In this document: positions 1 to 14,300 of the stretch, in pieces
Layout: every line of letters begins with the position of its first letter
Numbering within the stretch: position 1 is the stretch's first letter
From: the human T2T-CHM13v2.0 reference genome, Homo sapiens
Length of the DNA: 64,000 nucleotides
NCBI RefSeq assembly: GCF_009914755.1
Contig: NC_060944.1
Direction: 5' to 3' (one strand)
Translations under genes and position numbers: made by a program
Notes under the pieces: generated by a model
What the model was told of the DNA's origin: nothing
Seen by the model: only the letters and a program-made list of their open reading frames with translations
Database searches by the model: none

Positions 1-729
1 CACTTATTCAGAAAGGAAGACAGTTACAATTCTTGGGTCTTCTGAGAGATCATTATAACTTGAAAATATTACACAAGGGCTTTGCTATATTAGATACCTG
101 CCATGTTCCTAACACAAGCTCCCATTTTCTGACTCAAATCTCATTTTGGAACACATTCCACTCAAATTGAGGTTCTACCCCTAAGAGTTCTTTTTCAATA
201 AAGAAAGCTGAGTTAATAAATCACAACTCCAAAACTTTTCCTCACTTTTCTTAGACTAGAAATAGATTGAGTGTGTCGAGGTTTTATGGCTGAGTACATT
301 GGAGGGCTGGCTATTCTATGCTGAACTGGTTTACTTGATTAAGATGGGGATTTGGATGAGTCACTGGACACCTGTCCAAAGATGAGTAAAACACATTCCT
401 TCATTGTCTTCCCATAAATAACTCAATCTTCTCCTAACTGAGCCAATGGATAGGCTTTGGATGCCCAAGCAAAAGAAACACATGACTGTTAAAAAATCAC
501 AACCTCAAAATGGCCTTAGAAGCCTATGACCAATAATGAGAATGGTTTCTCCACTCAGGCGCAAGTAGTAAACAGTTTCTCCCATATGCAGGAATATTGA
601 CGACTAGTTTACCGCCTCTGGGCACGTAACTTTCAGGTCCTGGTTCATGCATTTGCTGGAATGTTCCCTGGGCCATGGAGCCCAGTTCTCCTGGCATCTG
701 GCATCTCCCCCACACTCTGCTCCCCCAGC

Positions 730-900
730 ACAGCACTTGGCATCTTGCATTGCAATTGCAGGTTTATTTATTCACTTCTCTCACTGGACAGCAAACTCCA
801 CCAGGGCCGAGACTCTGTGTCTCGCCCTTCACTGTGGTCCCTGTGCCTCACCTGTTCCTAGTACAGTGTCACACTCAGTAAAGAGCAGATGCCTGGATGC
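730..900 (+). mobile_element. L2 3' end fragment
   Basis: Diverged match to the L2 tail (ctggacagcaaactccaccagggccgagactctgtgtctc...cctagtacagtgtc). Confidence 0.55.
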
Positions 901-2250
901 ATTTGGAGACTTATTTTAAATTATACGGAAAGTTATTCAACCGGCTTCTTGAACTGGTGAATTTTGGAAAGTGGGTGTTTGAAGGGAAAATGTTTAAACT
1001 CTGAAAGAAATGTTGGAAATAAGCTCTTTGAATCAAAATGTATAGAAAACACAAGAATGCTGACAGTAAGAGCCTAAAACACATGATGCCTATTATCTTT
1101 TCCCAATTTTAACTCTCCAGAGTGTTCAGCGGTGCCCAGCCTTCATAATGTAATTCTTCGTAGCACCCTGGATGCATTAAAACCATAGATTAACGTGATA
1201 CTTATTTTCATTAAGGAAAATAATTTACGTACAGTGCTCAGAGTAGAGCCTGGCACATTGAACATTTTCAATAAATGACAGCAAGTGTAATTATTAGCAC
1301 TTCGGAAGTGCAAAGTTGCATTGTATTAAGACAAATATATTTGGAGCTCATCCAATTTTTTCCTGGCTCTGAAGTCTGCTAGTGGCACTTAACTTTATTC
1401 CCAAGTTTTGAAAAATATTGTTATTTAAAAAGTCTGTTAACCAAGGAAATGCATGCCCTAAACCTATAATGTATCAAGTTTTACTTCCTTCTTCTTTGAA
1501 GGAGTTCTTTTCCTGCCTTGAATACAAACAGGCTCTCTCAAGGTTAAAAGCAAATGCTCTTTTTAGTGTCAAAAAGAGCTTGCCTTTCTTCGCTCAGGAA
1601 AAAAAGCAACTGATTCCAGGATACCTTCTTTGAAAACCAACACAAAAAAACCCCCCAAAAAACAAAAAAAAAACCCAAAACCCCTAGTTTTTACAAAGGT
1701 TTATTACTCCTACTTGTTGGAAAAGAATTACTACATAAAGAGTCTGCCCAGAGCTGTAAAATCTCCTTATTCAAACACACACCTTAGAGCAAAAGATGGT
1801 TAAATATCAATTCAGGCTATTAACAGTAAGGGACGAAATGTGTTCCAACAAAACTCTGCATGTCAACAAACTACAGAGACTAGGTAACATCTTTTAGGAA
1901 TCATTTTTATTCCACTAATGCCTTTTCCTCCAGAATCCACTGATCGTAAACGCAACCTGTCTACTTCCGCCTTTGAAAAATGGATGGACAAATTCATCTG
2001 CATGTAACTCACCTCCTCTTTTCTTTTACATAAAACAGATGCCACAGCTGTTATTGTTCTTCACACAGAAGTTTCTACCCAGAGAAACATCAGGATGACA
2101 CTCTGCTGCAATGTGCTATTTGTTCTAGAGGGGTCAACAGCTTGCCACCTTGCCTAGGCCCAGGGTGACTGCATATGTGCAGTGGTCTTATCCCATTAGC
2201 GCCCCCGAGCATGCATTCAGAACCAAGTGGATACACCTTGGCACACTTAC

Positions 2251-2831
2251 CTTCCCTGCAGGGACATCATCGGACTGCCCTGATAAGCCAGGAACCTCAT
2301 CCACCTTGTCTTGATGCTCTGCCCTCTTGGCTTCCTGTTGGCTGTCACCTGGCACCTTTTCCTGTCCCTTGTCCAGCTTGAAGAATTTGTCAAAAAAGCT
2401 GGAGTCCTTGGGCTTGGAGGGAGCTTCTCCTCCTGCTCCCCCTGTCTCAGGTGGGAGAAGCGTGGGATCCCTGGCGGCAGAGAGGACCTTGTCTTGGGCC
2501 GGGGCGTGCCCTGGGGTTTTATCTGTGTCCTGCCCCGGTCCAGCTGCCACCGGAAGTGTCCAGCTCTCACTTGGGTCTTTGTTCGCTGGAGCTTTATTGG
2601 AGCTGACATCAAGCTTCACTGATCCAAGGGATGAATCTGCGGCTTGGTCTCCGGTACGTCCTGGTACAGGCCGAGAGAGCATCAAGAAAAAACGAGATTT
2701 AGCAGCTGGTGCCTCGGGTTTGGCCTCTTTCCCAAGATTCTTTCCGTTGGCATCCGCAACAGCACTTATCTCCGTTGTCTCGGGGGAAGAAGTGGCCACA
2801 TTATCCGTCTTGACACTTATTCCCAAGTCGA
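2251..2831 (-). CDS. BCAS1: BCAS1 coding exon 4 (581 nt; (V)DLGISVKTDNVATSS...SGQSDDVPAGK), phase 1 to 0
   Basis: ORF 2188..2847(-) contains sequence I recognise as human BCAS1. Acceptor tttatgtttgtgtttacag|TC at 2832/2831; donor AAG|gtaagt at 2251/2250. G from exon 3 plus TC gives GTC (Val). 72+70+581 = 723 nt = 241 codons. Confidence 0.97.
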
Positions 2832-3205
2832 CTGTAAACACAAACATAAACAGCGGTTATTCAGCCAAGCCGGGAAATTCAGGCACTAATAATGGACTCC
2901 AGACATTTTTTATACAAAAGCCATACTGCATACTGGAACTGTGTTGTTCTCTGGTCATTCTGAAAGGCAGAAGTTAGCTCTCTACATCTCCTTGGACCCT
3001 GCTTTTCTTGGGAGAGGAGAAGGCAAGGTTGGTGAGGAGGGAAAGCTACTTAATGGAAAGTCACTAGCTGCCAGGTGTGGAATGAGTGATATTCAATGTT
3101 AATTAATCTTCTTTTATCTGTGTAAGAACTCCGTGAGCAGCATATTGTCATGATGTCAACTGGGAGGCAGTACAGCAGTTAGGAGCTTGGGTTCTGGAGC
3201 TAGAA

Positions 3206-3417
3206 CAAGGTTTCTCAACCTCAGCACTACTCACATTTGAAGCCAGATTATTCTTTGTTAGGGAGGCTCATCCCGTGCCTCATAGGCTGATTAGCAGCAT
3301 CCTGGCCTCTGCCCACTAGACGCCGGTCACATTTCCCAGTCATGGCAAACAAAAATATCTCTAGGCATTGCTAAATGTCCCCTGGAGGACAAAATCTCTT
3401 ACGTTTGAGAGGCACTG
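3206..3417 (-). mobile_element. MER20 (hAT-Charlie) nested in a MIR (about 3165-3600)
   Basis: Ends caaggtttctcaacc...ttgagaggcactg with MER20 internal motifs; degenerate 8-bp TSD agctagaa/agctgaaa; MIR sequence on both sides. Confidence 0.8.
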
Positions 3418-5479
3418 AGCTGAAATGTCTTTTTGAATCCAGATTATCTAATTTTCTGTGCCTCAACTTTCTGGTAAAAGGAGACAGATAATAAATCTCG
3501 TAATTTTGTTAGGAAGATTACATGAGTTAATAGTTTTAAAGCAAGTACAATAGCGCCTGGAATATATTAAGTGCTTAATAAATATCACAAACATTAGTTA
3601 TCATTATTCATGAGTGAGAAAACTGACAGTCAGAGAGGTCAGTACACCCTCCCCTGGCTGCCCAGTAAGCTAGTAAGCAGCAGAGTCTGGCTTCAGGCAG
3701 AAATCTGACTTCTAAGTTCATGCGCTCTCTGTCTTACCAGGGACTTGTATTAGCATAGACTGTTAAGAATATGGGAAGATTTTTAAAATACAGTACTCAG
3801 AAAATTTCTCTTTGAAAGGCTGGAAGAGCAGATATCCACACAAGAAGGCAAATTAGACCTCAGGCCAGTGTGGAATTAAAGGTGTAGGGTTATCTGGTCA
3901 AGACTGTGTGTGTGGATACAGGCTCCAACCCCTCCAGGCAAGGGCACTGTTTCCAACATCCACCCTTTCTCCTTTGACCTCTACCTTGACCTAAATTAAC
4001 TATAAAAGGTCCTTCTTTTCTAGGACCCTACTATAAATCAGTGAAATATTCAGGAAAAAAAGAACACCAAGAATGTTGGGATCCCAGTTAAAGATCAAGA
4101 TTCTCTACTGATAAGCTGTGTGATATGGAGTAAATCACTAAAGATCTTTGAATCTCTTCATTTGTAAAATGGGAATATTGGTAGTCCTACTGCAGGGTTG
4201 TTGTAATGCTTAAAGAAGAAAAGTCATGCAAAGGATCTGGCACAATGCCTTTTCCATAATAAGTGCTTAGTAATTGACAGATACTGTGATAACTTTTCAG
4301 GTTTCTCTCATGCCTTTGACAACATTGCATTTTGCTTGCTCTATCTGTAGTCAGACACTTCTTAATATCTGTTTGCAGGAAGACAGAAAAATAAAGGGAA
4401 GAATTGAGATTTCTTTGATCTATTCATACTGCTCATTAATATGTAGTGAGAAATACATACACACACACATACACACACATGCATCCATTAGCAATTGTTT
4501 TTGCCCAACTCTAGTGTCTCGCAGTGTCTAGACTAAACAACAAACAAAAAAGGGGGGAGAGTGAGCTGGATTAAGCATTGAGGCACAGTGAAGAAATGGT
4601 CTGGGGCAAGCCCAGGGATGAATGTTAGGGGTTTCTCATAAACCTGAACCTGAAGAAAATCACCCTGCCAGCATATTGATCTTCTAGCTCTTCTTAACCT
4701 TTTTTTCTGTGATTCAGGAATTCATAATGATAGAAAATATTATACTAAAGAAGAAAAAAAGAGGGAGAATAAGTAAGTGATAGATGGATGCATCAGGGTG
4801 TAAAGTTAGCAAGTAAGGCTGTTGAAGTGTCAGAGTGAATATAAATGAATTGTGGGAATGGTCCATGCCAGGAGAAGAGGGTATGGTTGACAAAAAGGGA
4901 AATGCTAAGATTCAAAACAGGGAAGGGCTTTTCAAAATGCCAAGAGCACCAACTTATATCTTTCAGTTTAATTCCTCTCTTCCTTACCCACTGGCTGGAA
5001 AGCAAAGGAGCTAGTGGTAAGTAAGAGTGTTATAGCCAGAGAAAAAGTCTTCAAAAAACACAAAGTACTTTCCATGGACAACCTTTTTTATTTTAAAGTG
5101 CCAATATGTTGCTTTGAAAAAGAATAACTTCCTTACATCCAGGTATCTGAACTAGACTTCAGTGCATTTAGTGATTATAGCAAATCCAAACAGTAGCTTT
5201 TGATATCAGAGAATGGGTAAAGTGTTTTTGACAATTTCTAAGAACTTAGAGTTCTTCGGTGATACGTTCCATGCAACTGAAGCTCTGCTCTCCAAATTTA
5301 GGTGGGTACATACCCAAGTCCATCACCTGGGGCTTCTATTTCCTTTGCTCAGATGCTCACCTCCTAGGTGGGCACCTGACATAAGATAGACTAATAAAAA
5401 TAAGTCCTGTAACTTTTGATACTCCTATTAAAAAAGAGTTGCAAACCAATAGGAGGTACACTTGAGAATCAGCACAAAT

Positions 5480-5650
5480 GAAAGTAGAACCTGGAAATCC
5501 AGGAAGCAGATACCCAATCATGTCATTTAAACATTTAGATCCAGCTGTGCCTGAAGCTGAACTTTAGCATTACATAAGCCAATAAATCACTCTTCCCCAA
5601 CTTACGCCAGTTGAAATTGAATACATACTCAGTGACTTTGAGAGAATTCC
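5480..5650 (+). mobile_element. Old MLT1 (MaLR) LTR 3' fragment
   Basis: gatccagctgtgcctgaagc...agccaataaatc...ttacgccagttg is typical of MLT1J/K-like ends. Confidence 0.55.
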
Positions 5651-5699
5651 AGGGAATTGGTCAGTCCCTGTTTCACTTGTAAATACATAGCAATCAAGC

Positions 5700-8600
5700 C
5701 TACCAAATCTATGATTGATTGGGGTGTCTGAAAGAGATGGAGGGAATGGAATCAACCTGAAAAACATATTTCAGGAGTTCATCCCTGAAAACTTCCCCAA
5801 CCTAGCTAGAGGGGCCAACATTCAAATTCAGGAAATGCAGAGAACCCCAGTAAGATACTCCACAAAAAGATCTTCCCCAAGACATCATCATCAGATTCTC
5901 CAAAGTTGAAATGTAAGAAAAAATGCTAAAGGCAACTAGAGTGAAAGGCCCGGTCACCTAAAAAGGGAAGCACAGACTTACAGTGGACCTCTCACTGGTA
6001 ACCCTACAAGCCAGAAGAGATTGAGGACCAATATTCAACATTCTTAAACAAAAAGAATTCCAACCCAGAATTTTATATCTGACTAAACTAAGCTTCATAA
6101 GCAAAAGAGAAATAAGATCATTTTCAGACAAGCAAATGCTAAGGGAATTTGTGACCATTAGACCTTCCTTGCAACAGTTCCTAAAGGAAGCACTAAATAT
6201 GGAAAGACCATTACCAGACACTACAAAACACACTGAAGTACACAGACCAGTGACATTGTAAAGCAACTACATAACAAGTCTGCAAAATAACCAGCCAACA
6301 TCATGATGACGGTGTCAAATCGACACATAGCAACACTAACCTTAAATGTAAATGGACTAAATGATCCCATTAAAAGACATAAAGTGGCAGGCTGGATAAA
6401 GAACCAAGAACCATTGGTATACTGTCTTCAAGAGACCCATCTCCTATGCAGTGACACACATAGGTTCAAGATAAAGGGATGGGGAAAAATCTACCAAGCA
6501 AATAGAAAACAGAATAAAACAGGGGTTGCAATCCTAGTTGCTGTCAAAACAGACTTTAAACCAACAAAGGTTAAAAGAAAAAAATATGGGCATTGCATAA
6601 GGATAAAGTGTTAAATTAAACAAGAAGATCTAACTATCCTAAGTATATATGCACCAAACACAGGAACACCCAGATTCATAAAGCAAGTTTATGGAGACCT
6701 TCAAACAGACTTAGACTCCCACACAATAGTAGTGGGAGACTTTAATACCCCATGACAATATTAGACAGATCATTGAGACAGGAAATTAACAAAGATATTC
6801 AAGATCTAACTCAGCACTAAATCAAATGGCCCTGATAGATATCTACAGGACTGTCCTACTTGAAACCATACAATTACATGGTAATTGAATGACCTGCTCC
6901 TGAATGACTTTTGGGTAAATAATAAAATTAAGGCAGAAATCAAGAAGTTTTTTGAACTAATGAGAACAAAGATACAACATACCAGAATCTTTGGGACACA
7001 GCTAAGGCAGTGTTAAGAGGGAAATTTATAGCACTAAATCCCACATCAAAAAGTTAGAAAGAGCTCACGTTAACAATCTAACCTCACAACTACAGGAACT
7101 AGAGAACTGAGAGCAGAAAAACCTGAAAGCTAGCAGAAGACAAGAAATAACCAAAATTAGAGCTGAACTGAAGGAGATTGAGACATGAAAAACCATTCAA
7201 AAGATCAGTGAATTCAGGAGCTGTTTTTTTTTTGAACAAATTAATAAAATAGACCATTAGCTAGAGTAATAAACAAGAAAATAGAAAAGATTCAAATAAA
7301 CACAATCAGAAACGACAAGGGGGATATTACCACTGACCCCACAGAAGTACAAACAACCATCAGAGAATATTATGAACATCTCTATGCACATAAACTAGAA
7401 AATCTAGAAGAAGTGGATAAACTTCTGGACATATACACCCTTCTAAGACTGTACCAGGAAGAAATTGAATCCCTGAACAGACCAATAATGAGCCCTAAAA
7501 TTGAGGAAGTAATACATAGACTACCAACCATAAAAAAACCCAGTACTAGATGGATTCACAGGTAAATTCTACCAGTTGTACAAAGAAGAGCTGGTACAGT
7601 TCCTACTGAAATTATTCCAAAAAGTTGAGTAGGAGGGAGTCCTTCCTAACTCATTTGATGAGGCCAGCATCATCCTGATATCAAAACCTGGCAGATATAC
7701 AACAAGAAAAGCTTCAGGCCAATATCCTTGATGAACTTCAATGCAAAAATCCTCAATAAAATACTGGCAAACTGAATCCAGCAGCACACCAAAAAGCTTA
7801 TCCACCATGATCAAGTAGAATGCAAGTTGGTTCAACATATACAAATCAATAAATGTGACTCATCACATAAACAGAACTAAAGACAAAAACTACATGATTA
7901 TCTCAACAGATGCAGAAAAGGCTTTCAATAAAATTAGACATCCATTTATGTTAAAAACTCTCAATAAACTAGGTATTGAAGGAACATACCTCAAAATAAT
8001 AAGAGCCATGTATGACAAACCCACAGCTAAGATCATACTGAATGGGCAAAAGCTGGAAGCATTTTCTTTGAAGACTGGCATAAGACAAGGATGATCTCTC
8101 TCACCACTCCTATTCAACATAGTATTGGAAGTCTTGGCCAGGGCAATCGGGCAAGAGAAATAAATAAAGCGCATCCAAATAGGAAGAGAGGAAGTCAAAC
8201 TATCCTTGTTTGCAGATTACATGACATTATATCTAGAAAACCCCATAGTCTCAGCCCCAAAGCTTCTTAAGCTGATAAACAACTTCAGCAAAGTCTCAGG
8301 ATACAAAATAAATGTGCAAAAATTACTGGCATTTCCATGCACCAACAACAGTCAAGCCAGGAGCCAAACCAGGAATGCACTCCCACTCACAATCGCCACA
8401 AAAAGAGTAAAATACCTAGGAAAACAGCTAATTAGGGAGGTGAAAGATCTCTACAAGGAGAATAATGAACCAGTGCTCAAAGAAATTAGAGATGACACAA
8501 ACAAATGGAAAAACATTCCATGTTCATTGATAGGAAGAATCAATATCATTAAAATGGCCATATTGCCCAGAGCAATTTATAGATTCAATGCTATACCTAT

Positions 8601-10104
8601 TAAACTACTGTTGAGATTCTTCACAGAACCAGAGAAAACTATTTTAAAATTCATATAGAACCCAGAAAAGAGCCTGAATTGCTAAGGCAATCCTAAGCAA
8701 AAAGCATAAAGCTGAAGGCATCATGCTACCTGACTTCAAACTATACTACAAGGCTACAGTAACCAAAACAGCATACTACTGGTACAAAAACAGACACATA
8801 GACCAATGGAACAGAATAGAGAACCCGGAAATAAGACCACACACCTACAACTATCTAATCTTTGACAAACCTGACAAAAACATGCAATGGGGAAAAGATT
8901 TCCTATTCAATAAAAAGTGCTGGGATAACCGGCTAGCTGTACACAGAAGATTAAAGCTGGACCCCTTCCTTACAACATATACAAAAATCGGCCGGGCTTG
9001 GTGGCTCACGCTTGTAATCCCAGCACTTTGGAAGGCCGAGGAGGGCGGATCATGAGGTCAGGAGATCGAGAACACGGTGAAACCCCGTCTCTACTAAAAA
9101 TACAAAAAATTAGCCGGGTGTGGTGGCAGGCGCCTGTAGTCCCAGCTACTTGGAGAGGCTGAGGCAGGAGAATGGTGTGAACCCGGGAGACAGAGCTTGC
9201 ACTGAGCCGAGACCACATCACTGCACTCCAGCCTGGGCGACAGAGTGAGACTCTGTCTCAAAAAAAAAAAAAAAAAAAAGAAGACATACAGGTAGTCAAC
9301 AAGCATATGAAAAAAAGCTCAATATTACTAATCATCAGAGAAATGCAAATCAAAAACCACAATGAGATACCATCTAATACCAGTCAGAATGATATTATTA
9401 AAAAGTCAAAAAATAAGATGCTGGTGAGGTAGTGGAGAGAAAGGAATGCTTATACACTGTTGGTGGGAGTGTAAATTAGTTCAACCATTGTGGAAGACAG
9501 TGTGGCAATTCCTCAAAGACCTAAAGATAGAAATACCATTCCACCCAGCAATTCCATTACTGGGTACATACCCGAAAAATAGAAATCATTCTTTTATAAA
9601 GATACATGCATGTGTATGTTCATTGCAGCACTATTCACAATAGCAAAAACATGGAATCAACCTAAATACCCACCAATGATAGCCTGGATAAAGAAAATGT
9701 GGTACATATACACCATGGAATACTATGCAGCCATAAAAAGAACGAGATCATGTCCTTTGCAGGAACATGAATGGAGCTGAAGGCCATTATCCTTAGCAAA
9801 GTATTGCCGAAAAAGAAAATCAAATACTACATGTTCTCACTTATAAATGGGAGCTAAATGATGAGAACACATGGCCACACAGGGGGAACAACACACACTG
9901 GGGCCTATTGGAGGGTGGAAGGTGGGAGGAGGGAGAGGATCAGGAAAAATAATTAATAGATATTATTTCATCACCCAGGTATTAATAATACCTATTTCAT
10001 CACCCAGGCTTGATACCTGGGTGACAACAAACCCCCATGACACAAATTTACCTATATAACAAACCTGCCCGTGTACCCCTGAACTTAAAATAAAAGTTAA
10101 AAAA
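5700..10104 (+). mobile_element. 5'-truncated, decayed L1 (older L1PA/L1PB-like): ORF1 C-terminus, ORF2 EN/RT remnants and 3'UTR; antisense to BCAS1
   Basis: ORF fragments with L1 motifs (IFQEFIPENFPNLAR; TLNVNGLNDPIKRH..CLQETH; DAEKAFNKI; [12 protein letters not shown]; WWECKLVQPLWK), many stops and frameshifts, 3' end ...cctgaacttaaaataaaagttaaaaaa. Interrupted by an Alu at 8990-9279. Confidence 0.95.
8990..9279 (+). mobile_element. AluY with a 12-bp left-monomer deletion (Yd/Yc3-like lineage), no TSD
   Basis: gagatcgagaacacggtg versus AluY gagatcgagaccatcctggctaacacggtg; Y-type gtagtccc, gaatggtgtgaacc and gagcttgca. Confidence 0.85.
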
Positions 10105-10958
10105 ATGCAAAAAGATGACATACCAAAGAGATGTTACTTTTCATTTTTAAAAAAGTCAAAGAATTTAAGGAAAATTAAAAAGAAATCAAGAATGACAGTA
10201 GCAGCTCCAAAATATTTAGAAGGTAGAGTTGAAAATTTTGATTTTCTTAGTGCAGAAAAATATTTTGTGCTGCATGTTTTTTTAAAGAAAGTCATTTTAT
10301 CTGTATATGTGATTAAAACCTTATTTCCAGTGCCATCTTCGTGTAATTGTTAAGAACTTGGATTGTGGATCACAGGAACCTGGCTTTGACTCTTAACTGC
10401 TCACTCTTTAAATGGATAACCCGGGTAAGTTATTTCCTGTCTCTGTGCCTCAGTTTTCTTACAAATTGGCATGAAAATAACAGTGCCTCCTTCAGAGGGT
10501 AATTCTGAGGATTAAATGAAATATTGCCCATACAGTGCTTACCACAGGCTGGTAGATGATTGGTATTCGGTAAACAGTAGTTATTTTTGTTATACTAATA
10601 TGTTATTAATATAATTACCATTTTGTATTTTTAAATGTAAGCCATAAGGAAAGGAATTATTCCAATAGTTTAATTTACAAACTTGAGTTTTCTAGAAAGA
10701 CTTTTAAAAACAGTAGTGATATAAATCAATTTATCTTAAGAAACATAAGTATCGGGGCCAGGCAAGTTTCAGAAATGTTTATCATTTTCAAAGTACCAAA
10801 TATTCTAGTCAAAACAAGCTGCTTCATCAGAGTTCTAATTATATATTTAAACATACATGCACACACACACGTTTGTATTACAATATTCAAAACTTCTGAG
10901 GAAGAATTATCTTTTTTTTTTCATGTGCCAAAGCTAAAACTTTCACTTGCTACAGCTG

Positions 10959-11333
10959 TGTATTAGTCTATTTCCATACTGCTATAAAGAGCTGCCCAAG
11001 ACTGGGTGATTTATAAAGGAAAGAGGTTTAATTGACTCACAGTTCAGCATGGCAGGGGAGGCCTCAGGAAACTTACAATCATGGTGGAAGTCAAAGGGGG
11101 AGCAAGGACCTTTCTTCACAAGGCAGCAGAAAGAAGTGCCAAATGAACGGGGAAGAGCTCCTTATGAAACCATCAGGTCTTGTGAGAACTCACTTACTTT
11201 TATGAGAACAGCATGGAGGAAACTGTCCCCATGATCCAATCACCTCCACCTGGTCTCTCCCTTGACACGTGGGGATTATGGGGATTAAATTCCAGATGAG
11301 ATTTGGGTGGGGACAAAAAGCCTAACGACATCA
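10959..11333 (-). mobile_element. THE1 (THE1D/MSTA-like) solo LTR
   Basis: Ends tgtattagtc...gacatca; perfect 5-bp TSD AGCTG at 10954-10958 and 11334-11338. Confidence 0.92.
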
Positions 11334-14300
11334 AGCTGTAAAAACAATAGCTAACATTCATTGACTGTTTCCCAGCATTAGGATAAATGTGTGTAACAAG
11401 AGGCATTTTATTTATGTATGACATTTGTTTATTTATTATTTATTTATTTGGATAAATGTCTATAACAAGAAACATTTTATTTAAGTATAACAGCAAATCT
11501 ACAAGTTAGGTACTATCATCACTCCCATTTTACAGGTCTTGAAACTGAGGCTCTGAAAAGTCAAGTCAGTTTTCTAATGTTGTCCAGCTAATGACTGGTA
11601 GATTTAGTATTTGAACCCACATTTGCCTGATTCCAAAGTTCAAACTCCCAACAACATGTGGTAACCAAAGCAAGAACAGAAGAGAAAGAAGAAATAGAAG
11701 GGAGGGAAGATGAACAAAGTAGACAAAGTTTAGTTAATAGAATTAGTGGATACCCAAGAAAAAACTATGTACAAGAGGGGGAAAAAAACCCTGTTTTCTC
11801 ACATCTGGGAAACATTGATATCTATATATTTTTGGTTTTAAATAAAAATTAGGTTATGTCATTCATCTGCATAAAACCATCCAAAGAAGGGCCTCACAAA
11901 ATTAAAACAAAATCCAAACTCTCTACTATGGGCCACACCCTCCAGAACTTCAGCTCGTACTATGTTTTTCCTCACACCTCTCAACATACCAACATGTTTC
12001 CACCTGCAGCCCTCACCACTAGTTATTCTTTCAATCTGGAAATATTTTCGCTAAGATCTTCCTATGGTTACCTTCTTATCATTCAAGACTTAGGTTATGT
12101 CAGGCCTTCCCTGACTCCTCCATCTGAAGTAACCCCTCCTGCTTACTCCTGTTTATTCTCTAGACTCCACAGAGGATTCATCACTCTCTGAAATGATCCC
12201 ATTAATTTCTTCTTCACTTGTTTCCTCTCCACGACCTGTAAGCCCCAAGTGGACCCGGACTTGGTCTGCTCTGCTTACAGCTGGATTCCAGTTCCCATAG
12301 TGCTAGACACTAGGATTAAGCCAGGAAACATGGGTGAAGCAGCAAGCACAGAGCTTGGGGCACAGCCTAGCAAACACTCCACAAAGGACCATGATTGTAA
12401 CTGTAGTAGGGCACACCAATGAACAGGTTGGGAAACTGAGTCTCTGAGAAGAGACTAATGTTGTGCTGGATGAAATTTCTTTTTCTGACAATACATTATC
12501 CAAATCCTCCAAGCTTTCAGTTTAAAGGGGAAAGCAGGAACTATCATTATAATTTTATTTACAAAGTGTCCATGTATGAACATTATTCACCGCCGAATCA
12601 TCTCTTCCTATGCAAGCAACACCGTCCTATGCATCAATATCCTGATCTGTCAGGATTCAGGATAAAGTGGACATATACACACTAATTGCAAAGGGAAATT
12701 GTACATCTTGCAAAAGATGCAGGGGTTTATAGAGTCTTGTAACATTGGTGAGCTGCTCAGATCACACACATGACCGTGGTTGGACAAGGATCTGGCAAAG
12801 TTAACACAGATCACCGAAGAAGGAAAAGTGGACAACACAACACAGTAAGTTCTTCAAAAGAGTTATATTAGAATATCAAAAGATTATGTTAGGCCTTTGG
12901 GAAAACTCAAAACTTTATGAAGACCTCAAAAAATTATGCAAAAATGACCCTTCAATGGTCATGCTGCAAGAGTCAAATGACACTTCAAACAACTGCGGCT
13001 TTCTATGTTGTGCAAATGCATTTGTTGTTTTAAAGGTCGTAAAGTCAGGGTACACGTGGCAGATACTTATGACTTGGAGGAAGACGTTAGATTAGATTTG
13101 AAACTTTCACTGAATGATCGCATTTCATGCTTTTCATCTGTACATTAAAAAGCCAGAATGTCTTTGCCAAGAAATTCTAGCATAAATAAAAGAAAAGGAT
13201 GGGATTTTGGAACATCATGGTAGAATTCTTGACTATCAGCTTTATACAACATGTCTGGACATTTAGTGATGGAAATGCTGGATTCCAAAGGAATGTAGGC
13301 AAAGGTACTACTACCCCCATGCTCTTCAGAAAACATCCTCTAAAAGCAACAGTGATGATCAGATACTGTGGGGCAAGACTGACAGTGACACTCAAGATTT
13401 CCACTCTTCTCTTTAATCATATATTTCCTGTCATTCATGTGCTACAAAACTCTGGAATATGCAAAGCTCATTCAAATGCAAAACCAGCCTTTGCTCCAAC
13501 ATGAGCATATATTTTCATTTAAAGACAAATCAGATGTTTCATTTGATTTTTTTTATAAATCTGATAATAATGTACATTTAACCCGTGTTTACAACCAAAA
13601 TAATTAATCTCTCTGAACCCTTTGTTTTTCCTGTCTCTATCCTCCACCCTCATTGCCAGATAAATAACATCTGCAACCTGATGTGGCATATTGAACTTTG
13701 TTTATACTCACACAAACACGTATAAGCATCCCAGATACACATATACAGGGACTGTATCTGTCCTTGTTGTTTTTATAGAAATTGGATCACATTAGACATA
13801 TTTTCTGATGACTTTTGTACATTATAGTTGGTCTTCACAGTCAATAGCTCCAAATCTATCTTATCTTCTAAAATAGCTGCATAATATTCCTCAGTATGGA
13901 TATACCAAAAGATATTTAAACCATTGCCTAATCAATGAATATCCTGGTAGTTTCCACATTGTTTTTTCCATTTCCACTATAGTGGAATAAACTTTCGTGT
14001 TCAAAAATCCTAAACTGGTGCTATATTTCTATAGAATAGAGGCACAGATGTAGAAGTGTTACCCTCAAATCAATATGCATTTAGTTTTGAAAAACAGACA
14101 CTGCCATATTATTTTCTTAAAAAGGCTCTACAGATTCACATTTCCAGCAGCAATGAGTGTCTCAAGCACCTTTTAAGTGGTAAGCAGCTTACCAGGGGAG
14201 GTGGCCTATTATTCTATCAGTGGCTTCAGTTGTTAGGACACCACGGGTCAGCTGTGGAGATACGGTTGTGGGGCAGGTTGAGTTCAGGACACATAGAAGA

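Noticed and set aside
2832-2847. ATG start (MFVFT) of ORF 2188..2847
   Set aside because: It lies in the exon 4 acceptor tract; the real frame is entered by splicing at 2831.
2327-2977. 216-aa plus-strand ORF and other ORFs overlapping exon 4
   Set aside because: Antisense shadow of the GC-rich BCAS1 exon; no independent evidence of coding.
5700-10104. L1 as an active element or reverse-transcriptase system
   Set aside because: 5'-truncated, with many stops, frameshifts and internal deletions; the RT motif reads FADY rather than FADD.
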